Assembly (NCBI GenBank): GCA_963765765.1
Contig: CAVXYC010000018.1
Location: 1-64,000, forward strand
Direction of reading: 5' to 3'
Length of the DNA stretch: 64,000 nucleotides
Origin: an uncultured Chloroflexia bacterium
GTDB lineage: Bacteria > Chloroflexota > UBA6077 > JACCZL01
The position numbers and the translations under genes were made by a program. Below are positions 59,836 through 64,000 of the stretch, piece by piece (within the stretch, counting starts at the first letter, position 1; every line of letters starts with the position of its first letter). The notes beneath the pieces are model-generated. The model was not told the origin of the DNA, ran no database searches, and was given only the letters and a program-made list of their open reading frames with translations.

Positions 59836-62811
59836 ATGACTACTCCCGCGATCGATCTTGGCGAGGTCGCCCCGATGGCCTCAGCTCCACCAGAGGCGGC
59901 AGCCCCCGAGGTCCTCGCAAAGGCGCCGACGCGCGGCGGCTGGTGGCTGGAGATACCACCGCTGCTCATACTGATCGCTGGTCCGCTGATTCTGTTCCGG
60001 ACCAGCTTGCTCGGCTCGGACATCTTCTACGAGCGAGACACGTACGTCTTTTATTACCCGCTGGTGGAGTGGGTCGCTTCACAATGGCGCGCCGGGGTGT
60101 TCCCGCTCTGGACGCCGATGATCTTTGGTGGATACCCCATTTTCGCCGACGGCGAGATCGGGATGCTGTACCCGCTGAACTGGCTCTTCTATCTCACGCT
60201 GCCTACGCCTTTCGCGTTTGAGCTGCGACGAATTGTCCACTTCATCATCGCCGCCTGGGGCATGTATGCCCTGCTTCGAATACACGGCGTCGGTCGCGCG
60301 GGGGCGACCGTGGGCGGCATTAGCTTCTCACTGGGCAGCTTCTTCGTGGCCCAAATGCACCACGAGAACATCATTCTGACGGCAGTCTGGCTTCCGACAA
60401 TACTGACGCTGATTGAGCTCGCATTCCGACGTCGAGGCATCGCACGGCAGCGCTGGCTGGTCTTTGCGGGCGCGCTCTACGGCATGTCCGCGCTCGGCCT
60501 TCACGTACAGGCAGTAGCTATGCAGGCCATCATCATTTGCGTCTACATGACCTACCGCGCACTTCTTGGACCAATCGAAGCAAGCTGGCGAGAGCGCCTC
60601 TTTCACCTCGTATGGGCGCCATGCCTCGTGATCGGAACCGGGGCCTGGATCGCCTCCGTGCAGCTTATCCCGCTCTTCGAGCTAGGACGGACCACGTACC
60701 GCGGCGCAGGGCTGACCTATGAATCAGCGAGCGCGTACGCTCAGACCATTCAGAACCTGCCTACAGCAATCCTGCCCTTCCTATTCCGCAGGCCAGACGC
60801 GGGACGATGGTGGACACTCTGGGACCCGTGGGAGACGCACCTCTACACCGGCATCGTACCGCTCCTCCTGGCCGGCTTCGCCGTGCTAGCGGTGCGACGA
60901 CGGATCGTCGGTCTCTTTGCGCTCATAGCGATAGGCGGACTCTTGATCTCGCTCGCGGATGAGAGCCCTATCAAGCTGTTCAAGCTGATGTGGCAGCTTC
61001 CAGGTTTCTCGGCACTCAGGGCGCCGGGCAGGTTTAGCTACTTTGTCGTCTTCGGCGTGGCCGGCCTGGCTGCGCTCGGTGTCGACCACTGGATGCGGCG
61101 TGCCAGAATGGCACGTCCGCCGCGCTGGCTGGGAATCACGAGTATCACCGCCGGCATCGGACTGGCTGTGGGTCTCCTCGCGTTCCGTTGGCGACTGCTG
61201 CATGACACCGATCGCGGCGAGGAGTGGGTCATCGTACGGTACCTCTCCGTCCGCAACGGCCTCCTCGACAACAACGCGGAGCGGGTACTCCAGGACCTAG
61301 TAACCTCGCTTGACCCACTGGCTCCGAAGAACGCACTTCAGATCGGCCTATTCGTCGTTATCGGTGTTTTGCTTCTGGCCTGGTGGAAGCTACCAAGACA
61401 CGCAACTGGGTGGTGGGCCGCTTTGGTCACGGTCACCATGGTGGATCTGCTGCTCTTTGCGTCTGACTTTCACCCGAAAGCGCCTTTCGATCAAGTCTTC
61501 AAACTGCCCGAGGTGAGCAGCTACATCAGTTCCAATCTGCGCGATGAGCGCATCAGCGTGAATGGTGCACTGACGGGGTTTGAGCCGAACCGAGTGATTC
61601 GTACCGGTGCGCAGGATGTGGCAGGATACAGCTCGCTTCCGAGTCAGCGGCAATTCGACTACTGGTCTAGCTTGAACCGCCAGGATAACGAGCTGCTGGA
61701 TCTGTGGGGCGTGCGGTATGTTGTCTCACCGCTCATTCCCGCTGACATTCGTTTGTTGGAAGGCACCGCTTTTCGTCCTTACGGCCGGCTCATGAGCGGT
61801 CCGCTTGGAAACCCAACCGGGCGAGCGAACTTTCGCATAGATCCGTTTCCGACGCATGAGATTCGCGCCCTCGTCTCCGCGGGTCATGCTGTCGACATCG
61901 AGCAAGGCGTGCCAACGGCAGAGATCGAAGTGCGGTCCACCGATGGGCAGAGTCGAACCTTCACCCTCGTTATGGGAGTGCACTTTGCCGAGCATGCCTA
62001 CAATCGCCCGGACCTTCAGCCCGATCTACGGCATTTAAACCCGCCAGTAGTGGCCACCGTACCCGATTTAGACCCGACCGGAAGATCAGAACAGGTGAAT
62101 GTGTACCTTGCTCGATTCACGCTGGATCCACCGATGGATATTCAGTCCGTGCGCGTCCGCCACACCGCGGCCGAAGGGACAACCAATGTCTATGGCATTG
62201 GTCTCGTCTCGCCGGTCAACGACGAGGTTCGCTCAATTATGCCCACGGACCGCGCCCAGTATCGGCGGGTCTATCAAGATCCGCAATCAATAGTCCTGGA
62301 GAACACGGAGGCGTATCCGCGGGCATTCGTGGTTCCTGATGCAATGGCACGCCGGGACCGACGCGAAAGGACCGCCCTTGACTGGCTCGCCATCGAGCCG
62401 TTCGACGCGCGCCTGACGGTGGTGCTGGAAGACGGGCCCTTCGATGGCCTACGTCTCACCGGAGTACCGACGCCCGACATCGGCGAAGATCTTCGCCCGG
62501 AAGCTGCCAGCGTTCAAGATCTTGATGTGGATCACGTGCGAGTGATGGTCAACTCGCAACGGGGCGGCTTTCTCGTCCTGACAGACATGTATCACCGTGG
62601 CTGGCGGGCCGAGGTGGACGGACAGTCATCGCCTGTCTACTTAGCCGATTTCCTGTTCCGCGCAGTTCGCGTGGCTCCCGGAGAGCATGTGATCGATCTC
62701 GTGTTTGATCCGCTTTCGATCCGTCTCGGTGCCACGTTGACGATCGCCGCGCTTATATTCGTGTGCCTCGTCGCGTTCATTCTGCCGCTGTTTACGCGGC
62801 GATCCGCATAA
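59836..62811 (+). CDS. yfhO: YfhO family membrane protein (GT-C glycosyltransferase-like)
   Basis: D...YYP, PLWTPMIFGGYP.AD...LYP, LRAPGRF, many TM segments, C-terminal YPRAF, GWRAEVDG and FRAVRVAPGEH motifs. Confidence 0.85.
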   Translation: MTTPAIDLGEVAPMASAPPEAAAPEVLAKAPTRGGWWLEIPPLLILIAGPLILFRTSLLGSDIFYERDTYVFYYPLVEWVASQWRAGVFPLWTPMIFGGYPIFADGEIGMLYPLNWLFYLTLPTPFAFELRRIVHFIIAAWGMYALLRIHGVGRAGATVGGISFSLGSFFVAQMHHENIILTAVWLPTILTLIELAFRRRGIARQRWLVFAGALYGMSALGLHVQAVAMQAIIICVYMTYRALLGPIEASWRERLFHLVWAPCLVIGTGAWIASVQLIPLFELGRTTYRGAGLTYESASAYAQTIQNLPTAILPFLFRRPDAGRWWTLWDPWETHLYTGIVPLLLAGFAVLAVRRRIVGLFALIAIGGLLISLADESPIKLFKLMWQLPGFSALRAPGRFSYFVVFGVAGLAALGVDHWMRRARMARPPRWLGITSITAGIGLAVGLLAFRWRLLHDTDRGEEWVIVRYLSVRNGLLDNNAERVLQDLVTSLDPLAPKNALQIGLFVVIGVLLLAWWKLPRHATGWWAALVTVTMVDLLLFASDFHPKAPFDQVFKLPEVSSYISSNLRDERISVNGALTGFEPNRVIRTGAQDVAGYSSLPSQRQFDYWSSLNRQDNELLDLWGVRYVVSPLIPADIRLLEGTAFRPYGRLMSGPLGNPTGRANFRIDPFPTHEIRALVSAGHAVDIEQGVPTAEIEVRSTDGQSRTFTLVMGVHFAEHAYNRPDLQPDLRHLNPPVVATVPDLDPTGRSEQVNVYLARFTLDPPMDIQSVRVRHTAAEGTTNVYGIGLVSPVNDEVRSIMPTDRAQYRRVYQDPQSIVLENTEAYPRAFVVPDAMARRDRRERTALDWLAIEPFDARLTVVLEDGPFDGLRLTGVPTPDIGEDLRPEAASVQDLDVDHVRVMVNSQRGGFLVLTDMYHRGWRAEVDGQSSPVYLADFLFRAVRVAPGEHVIDLVFDPLSIRLGATLTIAALIFVCLVAFILPLFTRRSA

Positions 62812-62878
62812 GACGAACCGTACAACCAGCCAGCAGACTTTCCTAGAATTGAAGCGGTACGCCCGATCAGGAGGAGAC

Positions 62879-63523
62879 ATGGAAGCATCCGATTACGCGG
62901 ACCAGCTTCGAGAATCTGTGGAAGACGAAGGACCCAGCTCGGGCCAAGTGGACCGCTTCAAGACTCGCGCGGCAATTTGCATCGGGATCATGGCCATGCT
63001 TCTCGCCATTGCCAGCTTAGGCGGTGAGAATTCCATGAAGGCGATGATCGACTCGAATATTCACGCGAGCGACACGTGGGCCTTCTATCAGGCCAAAAAT
63101 ATTCGGCAAACTGCTAACGAGCTCGCCGCGAATGACCTTGAGGCCATGCTGATTGTCCAGGGCCCGACCCTGTCGGACGATGCGCGACAGCAGATTCAGC
63201 AGAGGATCGATCGCTACCGAGCCACCGTCGCGCGTTATGAGTCGGAGCCGGACCCCACTGACCCGACCAACCCGCTCAAGGGCGAGGGGAAACGAGAGCT
63301 CACCGCCAGGGCCCGGGATTGGGAAAGCCAGCGCGATCTAGCACAGCGGCAGGACCCGAACTTCGATTTCTCGATCGCGCTTTTTCAAATCGCGATCGTT
63401 CTGGGCTCCGTCGCGATCATCTCAGTAAACAGCCGCTTGTTGATGCTGGCGGTATTCGCCGGCTGCGTTGCCACCCTGCTGATGATCAACGGCTTCTTCC
63501 TGATAGTTGATCTGCCAGGCTAG
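62879..63523 (+). CDS. DUF4337-like membrane protein
   Basis: ASDTWAFYQAKNIRQ and FQIAIVLGSVAI motifs, TM helices flanking a coiled region. Confidence 0.75.
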   Translation: MEASDYADQLRESVEDEGPSSGQVDRFKTRAAICIGIMAMLLAIASLGGENSMKAMIDSNIHASDTWAFYQAKNIRQTANELAANDLEAMLIVQGPTLSDDARQQIQQRIDRYRATVARYESEPDPTDPTNPLKGEGKRELTARARDWESQRDLAQRQDPNFDFSIALFQIAIVLGSVAIISVNSRLLMLAVFAGCVATLLMINGFFLIVDLPG

Positions 63524-63528
63524 CTCAC

Positions 63529-63590
63529 CAGAAGTCAGAGGCTAGAGGTCAGGGATCAGAGAGCGGCAATCGGAGCCGATCCCTGACCTC
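63529..63590. repeat. Heptamer tandem-inverted repeat between convergent genes
   Basis: cagaagt cagaggc tagaggt cagggat cagagag, then gatccctgacctc. Confidence 0.65.
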
Positions 63591-63596
63591 AGGTGC

Positions 63597-64000
63597 CTAC
63601 GAGCCCAGGTGCTGCTTGAAGAAGGCTAGCATATCGTTCCAGGCAACGGGTGCCTGCTCGGCGTTGTAGCGTTCGGCGTTCGTATCGTTGTTGAAGGCAT
63701 GCTGTGCGCCAGGGTAGATCTTCTTCTCAAAGCTCTTACCCGCGGCGGACATCTCTTGCGTGATCTTGTCGATACCGGCGTTGATCCGCTCGTCAAGCTC
63801 GCCGTAGATGGCAAAGACCGGCGCGGCGATGTTTTCGACCCCCGACTGTGGAGCCGGTCCGTACCACGGCACTGCCGCTCGGATCCGAGTGCCAGCCAGG
63901 GTTGCCACGCGCCAGGTGTAACCGCCGCCCATGCACCAGCCGGTCACGCCCATTCGGCCGCCGTCCACGTCGGGCTGATTCGTTAGCCAATCGAGGGCCG
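63597..64000 (-). CDS. Dienelactone hydrolase family protein (5' partial)
   Basis: GVTGWCMGG, YGELDERIN and YPGAQHAFNND motifs. Runs off the window edge. Confidence 0.9.
   Translation of the reverse strand, partial: ALDWLTNQPDVDGGRMGVTGWCMGGGYTWRVATLAGTRIRAAVPWYGPAPQSGVENIAAPVFAIYGELDERINAGIDKITQEMSAAGKSFEKKIYPGAQHAFNNDTNAERYNAEQAPVAWNDMLAFFKQHLGS

Noticed and set aside
1-64000. CRISPR array, tRNA, rRNA or intact IS element
   Set aside because: I saw no regularly spaced direct repeats, cas genes, cloverleaf or transposase ORFs. The repeats found are inverted doublets or short tandem units.

Overview
A GC-rich bacterial window, 64 kb, with no rRNA, tRNA, CRISPR array or intact transposase that I could detect. 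Pro/Ala-rich linker lipoproteins, an F420-type LLM enzyme, amidohydrolases, a Bug/TctC binding protein and DUF2171-like/BON proteins suggest a Chloroflexota genome (inference). Content is mostly catabolic and transport genes: a sugar ABC transporter, tungsten-type AOR plus MoaD, a BadI-like CoA/beta-oxidation operon, a Rieske oxygenase, a sulfite-oxidase-family Mo enzyme, a two-component system, a DUF3800 gene tail-to-tail with a HEPN/MNT toxin-antitoxin pair, a CPAF-like S41 protease and a GT2/epimerase/DegT/methyltransferase/YfhO glycosylation locus. Many genes carry frameshifts, probably long-read indel errors. Best leads: (1) an orphan EutA-type reactivase with no eutB/eutC in the window, directly downstream of a His-rich bicupin, with a second paralogous bicupin nearby; (2) a 71-aa lipoprotein made only of a Pro/Ala/Ser/Thr linker inside the YfhO (GT-C) glycosylation locus; (3) several distinct REP-like palindrome families, with different ones at successive junctions of the CoA operon. 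All family assignments come from motif recognition, not database searches.
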